DNA of 64,000 nt from assembly GCA_965603825.1 (NCBI GenBank), contig CBFDEM010000037.1, forward strand, positions 1 to 64,000, read 5' to 3'. The notes under the pieces are model-generated. The model worked only from the letters and a program-made list of their open reading frames with translations. It was not told the origin of the DNA and did not search any database. The DNA comes from Blepharisma stoltei ATCC 30299 (Eukaryota > Protista > Ciliophora). Position numbers and translations under genes: made by a program. The first letter of the stretch is position 1. Every line of letters begins with the position of its first letter. Below are positions 11,739 through 23,568 of the stretch, piece after piece.

Positions 11739-12686
11739 ATGGTCGATCATCATAACTTAGCAGAAAGTTCTGCTGTAGGAGTCACAGCAGTAGTTTTAGT
11801 AATCTCGACCTTTATTTCTCTCTACCAAATAGTCTCCTATGCAAGAAATATGAAATACAAATCTGCTCAAATTGCGTGCATGCTTTTATTTACAACACCT
11901 ATGATAGTCGGCTGGTCAGCGTGAGCGTCGTTATATGTAGGTGAAGAACTGAAAAATCTAGACTCACTAGTCACAATAGACAAAGCATTCTGCATTACAA
12001 TGTTTCTGATCCTCACAGAAATGCTTCTAGGGTGGACTGAGTCGAATGGGAAATATTTTTACACCAAAGAAACAGAAGTAAGAACCATAGTAAACATGAA
12101 AGAAGCCAAATGGCTTTTGCCCTGCATCAAGCCAAGCCCTTTATCTACGCCAGATCAAGCGTTATCTTACTTGTGAAAAGTAAGAATAGGGACATATCAA
12201 GTGGTGTTTGTGATTATAACAGTCACAATTATTACTGCAGCTTTGCTTATCTTTGACAGTGAAGATTTTAAAATCGGAGACAATAATAGCAACTCTGTCT
12301 GGCTTTGGTTGAATTCTATAAGGTCAATAAGCTGTGCGGTTGCTTTATTTTATTTAGTAAATTATGCATTTTTTGCTGCAAGAATTCCTGAGCTTAATGA
12401 CCTGAAAATTCGATCAAAATTCTACCTGATCAAGCTTTCTATGATTTTCACTGAAATCCAGCCTTTAATTATTTCATATTGTGCAGGAAAGGGCTGGATA
12501 GCAGACACCGATGACTATTCGCAAGAAGAAATTACAAGCTGAACGAATTCTTTATTGCTGTGCTCAGAAATGATTATTGTTGGGTTTATACAAATTTTAG
12601 TGTTTCCTGTAAGCGATTATGATACACCTCCATCATCACGAAAATTCAGCACTCATGGGGAAAACTCTGATCGGCTTCTTAAATAA
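11739..12686 (+). CDS. TMEM184/OST-alpha (organic solute transporter alpha)-like multi-pass membrane protein, copy 1, 315 aa
   Basis: Continuous frame with TGA=Trp (11922, ~12174, 12540) to TAA 12684-12686. Motifs ISLYQI...Q...LFTTP, KAF..MFL.L.EMLLGW, KFYLIK, NSLLLCSEM...FPVSDY. Confidence 0.75.
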
Positions 12687-13611
12687 TATCATCAATTAAT
12701 AGCTTCAAATAAAAAAAAATTATAAAAATACAAAATTTAAAGAAATATCGAAGATTTAAAATAAAAGTATTTTCATTTATATAAAATCAAATTCTCTATT
12801 TCTAATCAATTTTAAAAAAGATAAAAATCTAAAAATTGAAACTCCTGAATCAATATGAAAATATGGTAGTTTTTAGACTCGAGAATAAGAATTTGCTTAT
12901 ATGAAGGCAATTTACCCAGATTGTTGAATTTGCTGATTTTATTAATTTTACCTCTCAAAAATCATCTTGATTCTTGTTCGAGTTTGCCTACCTAGGCTGC
13001 CATTTCGAAAATTTGAAACACAAATTTTTGGCTATTTTCGTATCGATGTGATACATGAGACCTGGGACACAATACCAAATATCGCACTGGTTATGAGTCG
13101 ATGAGAATGGTTTTACAAACCTATCAATTTGGAAAGGAGCAAATTAGAAAAGACTCAGCTCAAAACTGTGATAAATTTGAAATTTTTGCTTTAATATTAA
13201 CATATAAGATAACTAATAATTGCTTTAGCATAATCACTTAATAATCATGCACTTAATAAAATAAATTGAGTTATTATTATCAACTATAAAATATTTTTAT
13301 TTTGTGTGCAAATTAATAGAAATCGATATAATAAATATGAAACATTTATATTTTGTCAGGTCTCTTAAACTATGCATATACGAAAAATCTCAAGACAGAA
13401 AGATTTCGGGCAATCTGAGGGAATTCATAATATTTTTGATTAATTATTAAAATTTGTAACGCTGATAGTATGCATTTTTAATTTTATTTAAAAACCAAAA
13501 TATTGAATAGAATGCATTATATTGCTTGATCTTCTTAATGATAATAAAATTTTCTCCAATTTTTATTAGAATGGGAGAGATAATTATAAAATGAAACCTT
13601 AATAATTGTAA

Positions 13612-14532
13612 ATGGTCAATCGTGATAATCTGGAAGAGAGCTCTGCGATAGGAGTCACCGCAGTTGTCTTAATAATTTCCACCTTCATATGTCTTCATCA
13701 TATATTCTCGTATGCAAGGAATATGAAGTACAAATCGGCTCAAATCGCATGCATGCTTCTATTTACGACACCTGTAATAGTCGGATGGTCAGCGTGGGCG
13801 TGCTTATACGTAGGTGAAACAATGAAAAATTATGAAGCTCTAATCGCTTTAGACAAAGCCTTTTGCATCGCAATGTTTTTGATACTTATTGAGATGCTTC
13901 TTGGATGGACTGAGTCTAACGGCACATATTTTTTTACTAAAGAGGCTGAAATTAGAGTACTAATGGATATGAAGGAAGCCAAATGGCTTTTGCCTTGTAT
14001 TAAGCCAAGTCCTTTATCCTCGAGTAAGCAAGCAATCTCTTATTTAAGAAAAATAAGAATTGGAATATTCCAAGTGATCTTTGTGATTATAGCCATTACA
14101 ATTATAAGCACTCCTTTTCTTATTTTTGATTATGATGACTTTAAAATCGGCGAAAATAGCACCGACTCTATTTGGTTTTGACTAAGCTCAATAAGATCTT
14201 TAAGTTCAGTAGTAGCAGTGTTTTTTTTGGTAAATTATGCCTTTTTCGCAGCAAAAATTCCAGAACTAAATGAGCTGAGAATTAAATCAAAATTCAACTT
14301 GATTCAGCTTTCTATGGTTTTCACTGAAATTCAACCTTCAATCATATCATTTTGTGCAGATAGAGGCTGGATTGCGAACACTGATAATTACTCCCAGGTG
14401 GAAATTATAGGCTGAACTAATTCTTTGTTGCTGTGCTCAGAAATGATTATTATGGGGTTTTTGCAAATTCTTGTTTTCCCCCTAAGTGATTATAAAACTC
14501 CGCCATCATCAAGAAAGTTTATCGCTAACTAA
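13612..14532 (+). CDS. TMEM184/OST-alpha-like protein, copy 2, 306 aa
   Basis: Colinear paralogue of copy 1. TGA=Trp at 14179-14181 and 14413-14415; stop TAA 14530-14532. Confidence 0.75.
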
Positions 14533-14667
14533 GAACAAATTTAAAAAGAATTGGTTTTCATTCTATTAATAATAATCAATAAATAATAGCAAGTTATTTC
14601 TGTATTTAGATTTAAAGTTTATTTTATTTGCAGAATTATGAAAGGCTAATAGTTTTTTAAAGAATTA

Positions 14668-14860
14668 TTTGCGGATCAAGGCTGAATTGCAAATAAAGAT
14701 AAATATTCTCAATCAGAATTACAAGCTGGACGAGCTCTTTGTTACTGTGCTCAGAAATGATTATTGTTAGTGTTTTAATTTAGTGTTTCCCCCATCTTCT
14801 ATGAGACCCCACCATCTTTAAGAATATCTCTTGGCCAGGAGAAAGCATGTCGCTTTATTA
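14668..14860 (+). pseudogene. Relic 3' fragment of a fourth TMEM184/OST-alpha-like paralogue
   Basis: FADQGWIANKDKYSQ / ITSWTSSLLLCSEMIIV / YETPPS match the paralogue C-termini but carry frameshifts and a stop. No 5' part. Confidence 0.8.
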
Positions 14861-15382
14861 ATTAATCTTCATATTAATCTATCAAATTCATGATATAGAT
14901 TTTAGTTTCTCCCAATGAATATTTAAGTTCACGTTGTAATTGGAAACAATTCTATACTTTAAGTTTTTTGTAAGCGAATTCTATAAAAATAAGATTGAGC
15001 TGAATTTAAAATATTCTAAATTTGAAAGATCTAAGCTAGAGTAATTTAGATATCACAACTATAAAAATTGGCAGATCCCTCATCGGTATGGCTCAAAGCT
15101 ATTGATTCATTAATACAAAGACAATTAAATTGAAATGCAAACAGATTTAATTTAAATAGCCAGCGAGATAATTTGGATAATTCTGCTGTATGAGCCAATA
15201 AGATTTTATGTCATTTCAGATACTAATGCGCAAAATTATGAGCAAATTTAAGGCATTCTACTTATATTTAAAACACCAGTGATGGCTTATCAATATGATA
15301 ATAATTATAAGTAAAAACCGTTTTTGCCTTGCCAGCTATTTTTATTATTAATAATGCTTTCGGCCAGAATCTTCAAACAGAA

Positions 15383-15475
15383 AATTGTTTATCCATAAGA
15401 GAGACTTCAAAGAGGGTCAGGGTTTAAATTAGCGGGCTGGAAAAAAGCCCCCGACTCGCCCTTATGGGAGAGCAA
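15383..15475. ncRNA. Candidate structured RNA element (GC-rich nested hairpin), identity unknown
   Basis: CCATAAG(15393-15399)/CTTATGG(15461-15467) outer stem, GGGTCAGG/CCGACTC middle stem, GGGCT/AGCCC apical stem, in an otherwise very AT-rich intergenic region. Confidence 0.35.
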
Positions 15476-15497
15476 TTTAAGTTTTAATTAGAATAAA

Positions 15498-16196
15498 TTA
15501 TGCTGAGGGCTGAGGAGCTTGGAATTTTTCAAGAATACATGCCACCATTTGTCTGAATTGCTCATGCACTTCTCTTACAGCTTCAATTGCACCTATCTCG
15601 TCTCTCCATCTATTAAGGGCTGGATAAGTACTGAAATCAAACGAAGCAAATTCCAAGTGACTGACATAGCAATACAAAAGAACATCTGCGTAAGTTGGGT
15701 GAGCAGTTCTTGCAATGTAAACCCCAGTTGCGAATAAATCGTCAAGGGATTTAAGGAATGTGCGTGCATTTGCAATAAGCTCAGCATCAAACTCAGGAGT
15801 AACTGGAGGCTTCCCCAAAAACATAGGAGCGACGACCTTATTGTAGGTATAAGGGATAATATTTTTTACAGTATTGGTATGATGCCAATGGAGTGATGAG
15901 TTGATTTTAGCTTTCTGTTGGAGGTCTGCAGGGAACCATTGACTGTCTAAGTGAAAAGTTTCAGCTAAATAGAAGACAATTGCTCCACTCTCACCCAAAT
16001 GGAAGTCTCCATGAGTAATGGCAGGAACCAAGCCATAAGGATTAATTGCTAAATATTCTGGGGACTTATGACCACCGTGGGCCATATCAACATCAAGGAA
16101 TTCGATAGGAATGTTATGAAGTTGACAAAATATGAGGACAGCCCTAACAGGAGGCGAGAGAATGTGTCCGTAAACTTTTACAGTGTTGTCTGCCAT
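15498..16196 (-). CDS. Glutathione S-transferase (theta-like), 232 aa
   Basis: VYGHILSPPVRAV...GGHKSPEYLAINPYGLVPAITHGDFHLGESGAIVFYLA N-terminal domain; C-terminal domain PTYADV...YPALNRW. Confidence 0.95.
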   Translation of the reverse strand: MADNTVKVYGHILSPPVRAVLIFCQLHNIPIEFLDVDMAHGGHKSPEYLAINPYGLVPAITHGDFHLGESGAIVFYLAETFHLDSQWFPADLQQKAKINSSLHWHHTNTVKNIIPYTYNKVVAPMFLGKPPVTPEFDAELIANARTFLKSLDDLFATGVYIARTAHPTYADVLLYCYVSHLEFASFDFSTYPALNRWRDEIGAIEAVREVHEQFRQMVACILEKFQAPQPSA

Positions 16197-16390
16197 TTAT
16201 TTGAGACTTCAAAGAGACTAAAAAATAAATTAAATTTAAAACTTACTCTGAAGCCATTATCATATCATTTTTGGGGAACATTTTTGGTGTCTGCATATTA
16301 TTTATAAAGCAAGTTAAGAATTAATAATTTCAATTAATGTCGATTTTTAGACAAAATAGGTTTTAAAGAATTATAATAGATATCCGCACA

Positions 16391-16756
16391 TTATATTCCA
16401 ATTTTCAACATAACTCCCGTTAATTTTAATTTAGAAAGCTTGAATTTCCTGTTCTTTTTGACTATAATTTCTTGTGAATTAAATTCATTTTCCATTTTAT
16501 AAAGAATTCGCTGATTCTTCATATAAACTGATTTTTCATTTTTCAGTTTTAGATCATTTTTTATTGATTCAATATATTGATCTCATTTATCTCTAAAATT
16601 CCATCACTCTAAACTGTAAATTAGGAAGTTCCTCTTTTGTGGGCGACATATTGTTTCTGCTTTAGACCTTTTATTAGTCTCTTTTGCCTTTTTCTTTGTT
16701 TTTCCGTTTTTCTTTGAAGGAATTTTCAGCAATTTTTGAATATTATGCAAGATCAT
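16391..16756 (-). CDS. Hypothetical Lys-rich protein, 121 aa (absent from the ORF track)
   Basis: ATG 16756 to TAA 16393-16391, open only with two TGA=Trp: MILHNIQKLLKIPSKKNGKTKKK...SLEWWNFRDKWDQY...RKFKLSKLKLTGVMLKIGI. Confidence 0.45.
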
Positions 16757-17603
16757 ACTTCGAAAATTGCTTTATATTTATAATAAAATTCATTTTCAAA
16801 GTTAAAACTGTATTTTTGATAAAAATTCAAGTGCAACATTAAAAATTAGATTTTATAAGTAAATTTTATATAGGGGTAAAATTTTTTATTATACATGTGA
16901 AGCCTGGACAAAGATGTCTTTAAGTAATTATTATTTTCTATTTTGTGAATTTAGTAAAGGGTGAGATCCAGACTCCTTTTTCCTTGTTGTGAATATCTTA
17001 TCCTAGAAAAATAATAGATCAGCATCTTTTTATAAGTGAGTTTCTGGCTATTATATATTATTCTGCTTAAATTCTTTATATAATTTTTATGGATCAAGAA
17101 ATGTCTTCAAGAAATTACTATACGTCTTTTAAGGAGATTTTTGTAAAAAAAAGTTAAAAGTATTAGCTTCTTGTTGTCTGTGATTAAATACTAATACTTT
17201 AAAAACTTAGCCTATGCCATGGCATGATCACAATATCAAAACTTTACAAGGATGTTTCAAAACGAGAAGAGTCAAGAATTTATTAAACCAAGATGGTATA
17301 ACCGTTCTCCTCAATTATAAAGCCTCTCTAAAAGCCTCAAATTCTTGATCTTTGCACAAATTGGTTTTAAAACAGGGATATGTTTTCTGCTGTTGTCATA
17401 AAAATTAGCTTCAAGTCTAATAGAATTTGCATTAATCTTATTCCCACAGCTTCTGTTAAATTTATACAGTATAGCAAGTTGCAAAATTTATTAATTAATC
17501 ACTAATTCAAGTTTTGGTATTTAGAGCTCGTCTTTAGAAAATATTCTCCAATTTTGAGCACTAAGGAGAGCAAATTGAAAAATGGTGAAAATTGGTATTT
17601 TAA

Positions 17604-18554
17604 ATGGTAAACCACGATAATTTAGGAGAAAGCTCTGCTATCGGAGTAACAGCAGTTATCTTAGTTATTTCCACGTTTATCTGTCTCCATCAAATTTTGT
17701 CGTATGCTAGAAATATGAAGTATAAATCAGCCCAAGTTATATGCATGCTCTTATTCACGACACCTATAATAGTTGGCTGGTCAGCATGGGCATGCTTATA
17801 TGTAGGTGATAGGCTGAAAAATTTAGATCCAATAATTGCAATTGACAAAGCATTTTGTTTTGCAATGTTTTTGGTTCTTATAGAGATGCTCATAGGTTGA
17901 ACTGAATCAAATGGGGTTTATTACTTCAGCAAGGATGCTGAACTCAAAACTATAATGAGCATGAAAGAAGCCAAGTGAATCTTACCTTGCATTAAGCCAA
18001 GCCCCTTATCTACCCCTGAGCAGACAATGTCTTATTTAACAAAAATAAGAATAGGGACATTTCAGGTGGTTTTTGTGATAATAGTGTTTACGATTGCCAT
18101 CTCATTTTTGTTGGCTTTTGATATTGATGGCTTCTCTATTGGAGACAGTAGCACAGACTCTCTCTGGTTTTGACTAAGCGCTATTAGATCGATCAGTTCT
18201 GGATTGGCCTTGTTTTATTTGGTAAATTATTCTTTTTTTGCGGCTAGAATTCCTGAGCTATATGATTTGCAGCTTAAAGCGAAATTCAACTTGGTTCAGC
18301 TTTCCATGGTGTTCACAGAACTTCAGCCTATAATAATTTCATTCTGTGCAGATCAGGGGTGGATAGCTAATACTGATGACTACTCCAAAGAAGAAATTAC
18401 AAGCTGGACAAATAATTTATTGCTGTGCTCAGAAATGATTATCGTTGGTTTTTTGCAAATTCTGATATTCCCTGTAAAAGACTATGATACTCCTCCATCT
18501 TCAAGAAGATGCTTCAGCCAGAGAGAAAGTTTGAATTGTCGCCCGATTAAGTAA
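17604..18554 (+). CDS. TMEM184/OST-alpha-like protein, copy 3, 316 aa
   Basis: Colinear paralogue. TGA=Trp at 17898-17900, ~17976 and ~18170; stop TAA 18552-18554. Confidence 0.75.
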
Positions 18555-19213
18555 TCTATAATCAGTGATTAATAATTTAAAATAAACCATAGTTCTCTAA
18601 ACAGATTTTCAAGCGATAAAGGAAGTTTTAGATTTTCTATTCAAGGTTTGATTGGGAGATTTAAAAATGAAGTCCCATAATTATGATCAAGCTAATAATC
18701 GAGTAATAAGCCAAAAAATTTCCCTCTTTCATTACTATTCAAGATCTGCTTAAAATGACTATTGATATAGGGAAAATAATTTTTTATATTTTTGAGTCTA
18801 TCATGAGAGAGCTTCTTCATTTCCGATTCTGCTTAAATAACTATTTTTATTATATAAAATAATACTTGCTCGTATGTGTGAGTCAAAAAATGGGAGAAGA
18901 TAAATAAAAGCCTTTTTATGTCAGCTTTTCTGTCAATTGACTCCATTTAGAATTAGCCAAGCAAGACTAAAATTGTGCCATAAATATGAAGAATATATAA
19001 GCTCCTTAATGCAGAGTCCAATATCATATCAAGCTTGCATCCTTGACTCTCCTTAAACAATACTCTTTTTTAATTCCAGCTTATGGAGATTATTCCCAAT
19101 AAATATCATAAAGAATATCAATGCTTTCAACACCTTTAAACCTTTTGGTTTTTTATTATAATTTTTACTAATCTTTGAATAAGCTGAAATTTAAAGAAAA
19201 TGCAGCTTAATAA

Positions 19214-19858
19214 ATGGAGCGGCAAGGAGACTATGTTTATATCGAAGATGGAGCATATACTTCTGCCAACTTATTATGCATCCCTGAGAAATACAAAGCA
19301 TACATCGACTTAGTTTTCATCTCCAAAGGTCAAATCGAAGACAGGATTTTAAGGCTCGCTGAAACCCTCACAAGCGAGTCAAAAACTCGCTCAATCGCCC
19401 TTATCGTGATCTTGCGAGGAGCCTTTAGATTTGCCAAGGATTTAGTTGATGGCATCGACCGCGCCTGCTATAAAGAGCAGTTTGTCTATACAATTGACTT
19501 TATCCGTGCAAGGAGCTACGTAGGTCAAACCCAGCATGACATTATCCTTGAAGGCCTGGACGCCCTGGACCTAGAAGGAAAAGAGGTGGTCATTGTGGAA
19601 GACTTAGTTGATAGTGGAAATACACTTTCAAGAGTCGCAAGTATCATAAGAGAAAAAAACCCAGCTTCATTGAAAATCTGCGTGCTAATTTATAAGAGAA
19701 ATCCTGAAAACACACGCATTGTGCCTGATCACATTGGATTTTCGGTGCCAAATGAGTGGATTATTGGGTATCATACGGACTATAACAACTACTTTAGGGA
19801 TCTCCCTCACATTTGTTTGCTTAATGATGCTGGAAAGGAAGAATTCAGGACTAAGTAA
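19214..19858 (+). CDS. HPRT: Hypoxanthine-guanine phosphoribosyltransferase, 214 aa
   Basis: ILRGAFRFAKDL, DFIRARSY, PRPP-binding loop VVIVEDLVDSGNTL, GFSVPNEWIIGYHTDYNNYFRDLPHI. Confidence 0.95.
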   Translation: MERQGDYVYIEDGAYTSANLLCIPEKYKAYIDLVFISKGQIEDRILRLAETLTSESKTRSIALIVILRGAFRFAKDLVDGIDRACYKEQFVYTIDFIRARSYVGQTQHDIILEGLDALDLEGKEVVIVEDLVDSGNTLSRVASIIREKNPASLKICVLIYKRNPENTRIVPDHIGFSVPNEWIIGYHTDYNNYFRDLPHICLLNDAGKEEFRTK

Positions 19859-21214
19859 TAAGCATATTTAATTGCTGGTCTAAATTTTTAGTCATATTAA
19901 GGTTGACATTAATAAAATAAGTTTAAGTGGCACTAGTTGCTGAATCAAAATTATTATATTTAGAGATAATCGACTTTGCTTTAATAAACTTCCTTTACTA
20001 ATTAATAAGGCTTTCCATAATTTAAAATTTTTAAAAAAAACTTATAGAACAAAACTCGATCTTTTTGGTTTTTGGTGGACCGCCTTCGTTCAGCACATTA
20101 CAAACATGGCTATATTGCCTAATCAATACTTGATCCAAAAGGTAAAGAGGAAGTGACGAAGAGCGACAAGTTAGATGTCCTATGGCATCAGAGGCTGAAG
20201 AAAGAGAAAGGTGTCGTTCGAGCTAACTTTCAAGCAAATTATCTCAAATGTTCAATTCAGCCAATTGCATTGCAAGTTGGAAAAATCTCAATCGAGATCC
20301 TTAGTGACCTGACCTCTTTAACAGCAGGGATCAGCATGTTTTTATGTTAAATTAAATGCTAGATTATGATTCTATGATACGATAGATATTATCATAAAAT
20401 CAAAAGCTTCAGTAAGGAATTTTGGTGTAATTCAGTTATTATGATTTGGGAGACTCGTTTCCACTTTTTCACATGCCAATTTATCTTGACTTGCAAAATG
20501 CTTAGATTTTCGATATCCATGCTCCAAGAAATGAAAAAATTAAAGGAAAATCGCAACCTAGAATATGGTATGCCGATGATACCATGCGATTTTAATGCAG
20601 ACAAGATTATTCTCAATAGCAAACTGATTAAAAACATTTTATAGTCATGATCCACAATTTTTTATTATATAGAAACTCAGTAATATCTGCCGAGTGGTAA
20701 GTGTTTTTATACATTACTGGAGCTATAGAAATCTTAATAGAATAATATCACTATATGAATTAAAAAATTATTTTTGTGTCTTAAAAATTAACTGTTGAAT
20801 TACTATTCATGGGATTAAAAACAATGTTCTATCAATTAATATAAAGTCTTTGTCAAGAATTTTCCTAATAAAAATCTTTTAACTGAAATTTAAATTTTAA
20901 TATTTAATAAGGTTCAAAACAACAAATTAATTCAATTTCCCTATATTTTTCTTGTACCAGATTATAAATTCTAGAACTCAGTATAAAGAATTTATTTCTT
21001 TTTTTACTTTCTCATCATTTCCAAAAATATTGGATTCCTTCATAAAAATGACTTTCATCTGATTTATTTTTATTTAAAATTATTAATTCATTAAATTCGT
21101 TTTTGCTACAATTTGAAATGCCAAAGAAATCTCCTTAACAATTTCTTTTCAATGGGTTTTTAATCAATAATTTAATTCCTATCATGAAATCTCCTATAAG
21201 AATAAACATATTTT

Positions 21215-23473
21215 ATGGCATCAAAAGAGCTAGAAAAGTCACCAAGCAACGAAAGCATCTCAAAGCAGGCTAGTTCTGTTATCTATAGCTTACTTGACCA
21301 CGAAAAAGCGGAGAGCAAAAATCTTCCAGTTTGTCCCAATCTTCTTCATTACAATGACAACTTTTTGGAATGAAAATACAGGCAAGCTTTAATTTGTGAA
21401 AGTTACAGTTTCACAAAGCCTTCAGCTGAATTCAAAAATAATTTGATGATTTTTTATATCTTCATAACAGCATATTTAGGCATTTTACTCGCTACTTCAT
21501 TGCTGCTCTACCGAAAAGGCGATTTGAATTATTATCACCTAATATTCCACCTGCTATGCATTTTGGCGTTGACAATTATTGCATATTCAATACTGGTCCT
21601 AATTTTATTTTCGAGCTGATCTTTGATGAATTATAGACCTTTATTAATGATTTTGAGCTTTGCTTTTCTTATTTACCTTGTCATCGGGGACGGAAAAGTT
21701 TTATCAGAAATTTTTTCTACGAGTTCTGATTCAGAAAATTGGCTGCCATGCTCGGTGGGGATAACCTGCTACATTGTAATGGTCAGAAAACCGCTCTTTG
21801 AGTGTTTTTATTTGATAGCTATGTTGTCAATCGCTAGCATGGTGTTGTATTTAGGCGCAAATATTACTCTATCTACAAGCTCTTATTATTCAATTTTTAG
21901 TGAGTTTACCCTTTTTTCGGTTTTTCTGTTTTTACAAATTATAGACGCGTATCAGTTAGAATACAGATCCAGACAAATTTTCCTGAGAATGCATATGGAG
22001 GAACAAGACGGTAAGGCAAAAGTGGTTTTGGGGAGCGAAAATGAAAAAGAAGCGATAAAGACAGAAATTGAGATGATTGTGAGGACGCTTGACAGCATTA
22101 AAAGAGAAATTCGATATGCTGGGAGGATGATTATATACAACGATCTTAAAAAAAGACTCAAATCCACTTGCTTAGAAATCGAAAAAATAATCAGAATTAT
22201 CGCCCACGGAAACTTTTTGAATGTCATTAATATCGCAAGAGAAAGAGACATGGATGAAGACGATAAAACTTTTATTGAGCAGAATTTTATGAGCCCTCAG
22301 CCAAACAACCCAAGAATCCCTTCATCGTTAATGTCTATTAGCGAAATCAGTGAAAAGAAAATTAATTTTCCTTTTATGAGCTATGGCGTCCACGAGTTAG
22401 AAAGTGTCCTAGCGACAGTTGGGAAGAATTGAAACTTTGACATATGGTTTGTTTATAACTCGACTGGGCACAGCATTTATGTGATTGCTAAATATTTATT
22501 AAAGAAATGGAGCCTCAATGATTCTTTTAAAATTCCTGATCTGGTCATTGACCGATATTTCCAGACCTTAGAAAAGGTAATAAATATTTAGAGTTATTAT
22601 AAAAACCCTTATCATAATGCCTGCCATGCTGCTGACGTATTACACACAGTTCTGTTCTTTTATCATCATGGGGATTTATTGAAATCCCTAAGTCCTCTTG
22701 ATCTGCTATCCTCAATAGTTGCTGCCTTAGGGCATGATGTAGGACACCAAGCTCTTAATAACAGATTTTTGGTAAATAATCGAGACGAAATTGCTCTGAT
22801 TTATAATGACAGCAGCGTGCTAGAAAATATGCATTGCTCTAAAACCTACCAAATCATGAACAAACCAGATTGCAACTTATTTGGAAGTTTGACTCCAGAA
22901 GATTGGGTTAAGTCCAGAAAATTAATCGTGGAAATGATCCTAGAAACTGACATGTCCAAGCATTTTGAAATTCTCGGAAGGTTCAAGATCAGAGCTTATT
23001 CTTTGTCAGATTTCAATATAAATAACCAAGACGACAAAGTCCAGCTTTTGTCAATGGGTCTAAAATGTGCTGACATCGGTCACAGTGCCAAAGCTACCGA
23101 TTTACATGAAAAATGAACTAAACTTGTATGTGAAGAATTTTTCAACCAAGGAGATATAGAAAAAGCCAAGCATCAACCAGTATCTATGTTTTGTGATAGA
23201 GATACAACTGATATCCCTAAAAGTCAAGCTGGATTTTTAAAAAATATTTGTATTCCTCTATTTGAAGCATGGTGTCACTATCTTCGCTCAGACTCGATAA
23301 ACTTGCTTGTCCTTGAGCAGATCAAGCGAAATCACCAGAGCTGGGAAGCCAAATCCCAGACCAGAAGGGCAACTATGGGCGTTTGCGACTCCTTAGTCAA
23401 AGAATTCGAGAAAACCAAGCGAAGCAGCGTAGCTTCGAGTGATGGCACAAAGCTGCACACTTCTGAGTTTTAA
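21215..23473 (+). CDS. Membrane-anchored class I 3',5'-cyclic nucleotide phosphodiesterase, ~747 aa
   Basis: Single frame from ATG 21215 with TGA=Trp and one 15-nt intron. About six N-terminal hydrophobic segments; catalytic motifs WNFD, NPYHNACHAADV, AALGHDVGH..LNNRF, SVLENMH, TDMSKH, KCADIGH, KWT...EEFFNQGD.EK, SQAGF. Confidence 0.93.
22577..22591 (+). other. 15-nt spliceosomal intron GTAATAAATATTTAG
   Basis: Phase-0 intron with in-frame terminal TAG. Removal gives LEK|SYYKNPYHNACH, the PDE signature. Confidence 0.92.
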
Positions 23474-23568
23474 AGGCTCAGTGATGTAAATTCAGTATTT
23501 TAGACTAAATTTGATCAGAATTATCTAATAATTTTCGAATAAAACGGATTAAAAATATTACGATAGAA

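Noticed and set aside
12860-13190. GC-richer island with a ~94-codon TGA-containing ORF
   Set aside because: No recognisable motif in the frames read; chance ORF or unassignable relic.
15383-15497. SECIS element, TPP riboswitch or telomerase RNA
   Set aside because: GST has no in-frame TGA and no AUGA/GA quartet is seen; the TPP UGAGA core is absent; no CCCUAACA template.
20100-20660. Short ORFs 20153-20350, 20392-20655, 20441-20644
   Set aside because: Non-ATG start or overlapping opposite-strand ORFs with no identifiable domain; possibly decayed coding DNA but not supportable.
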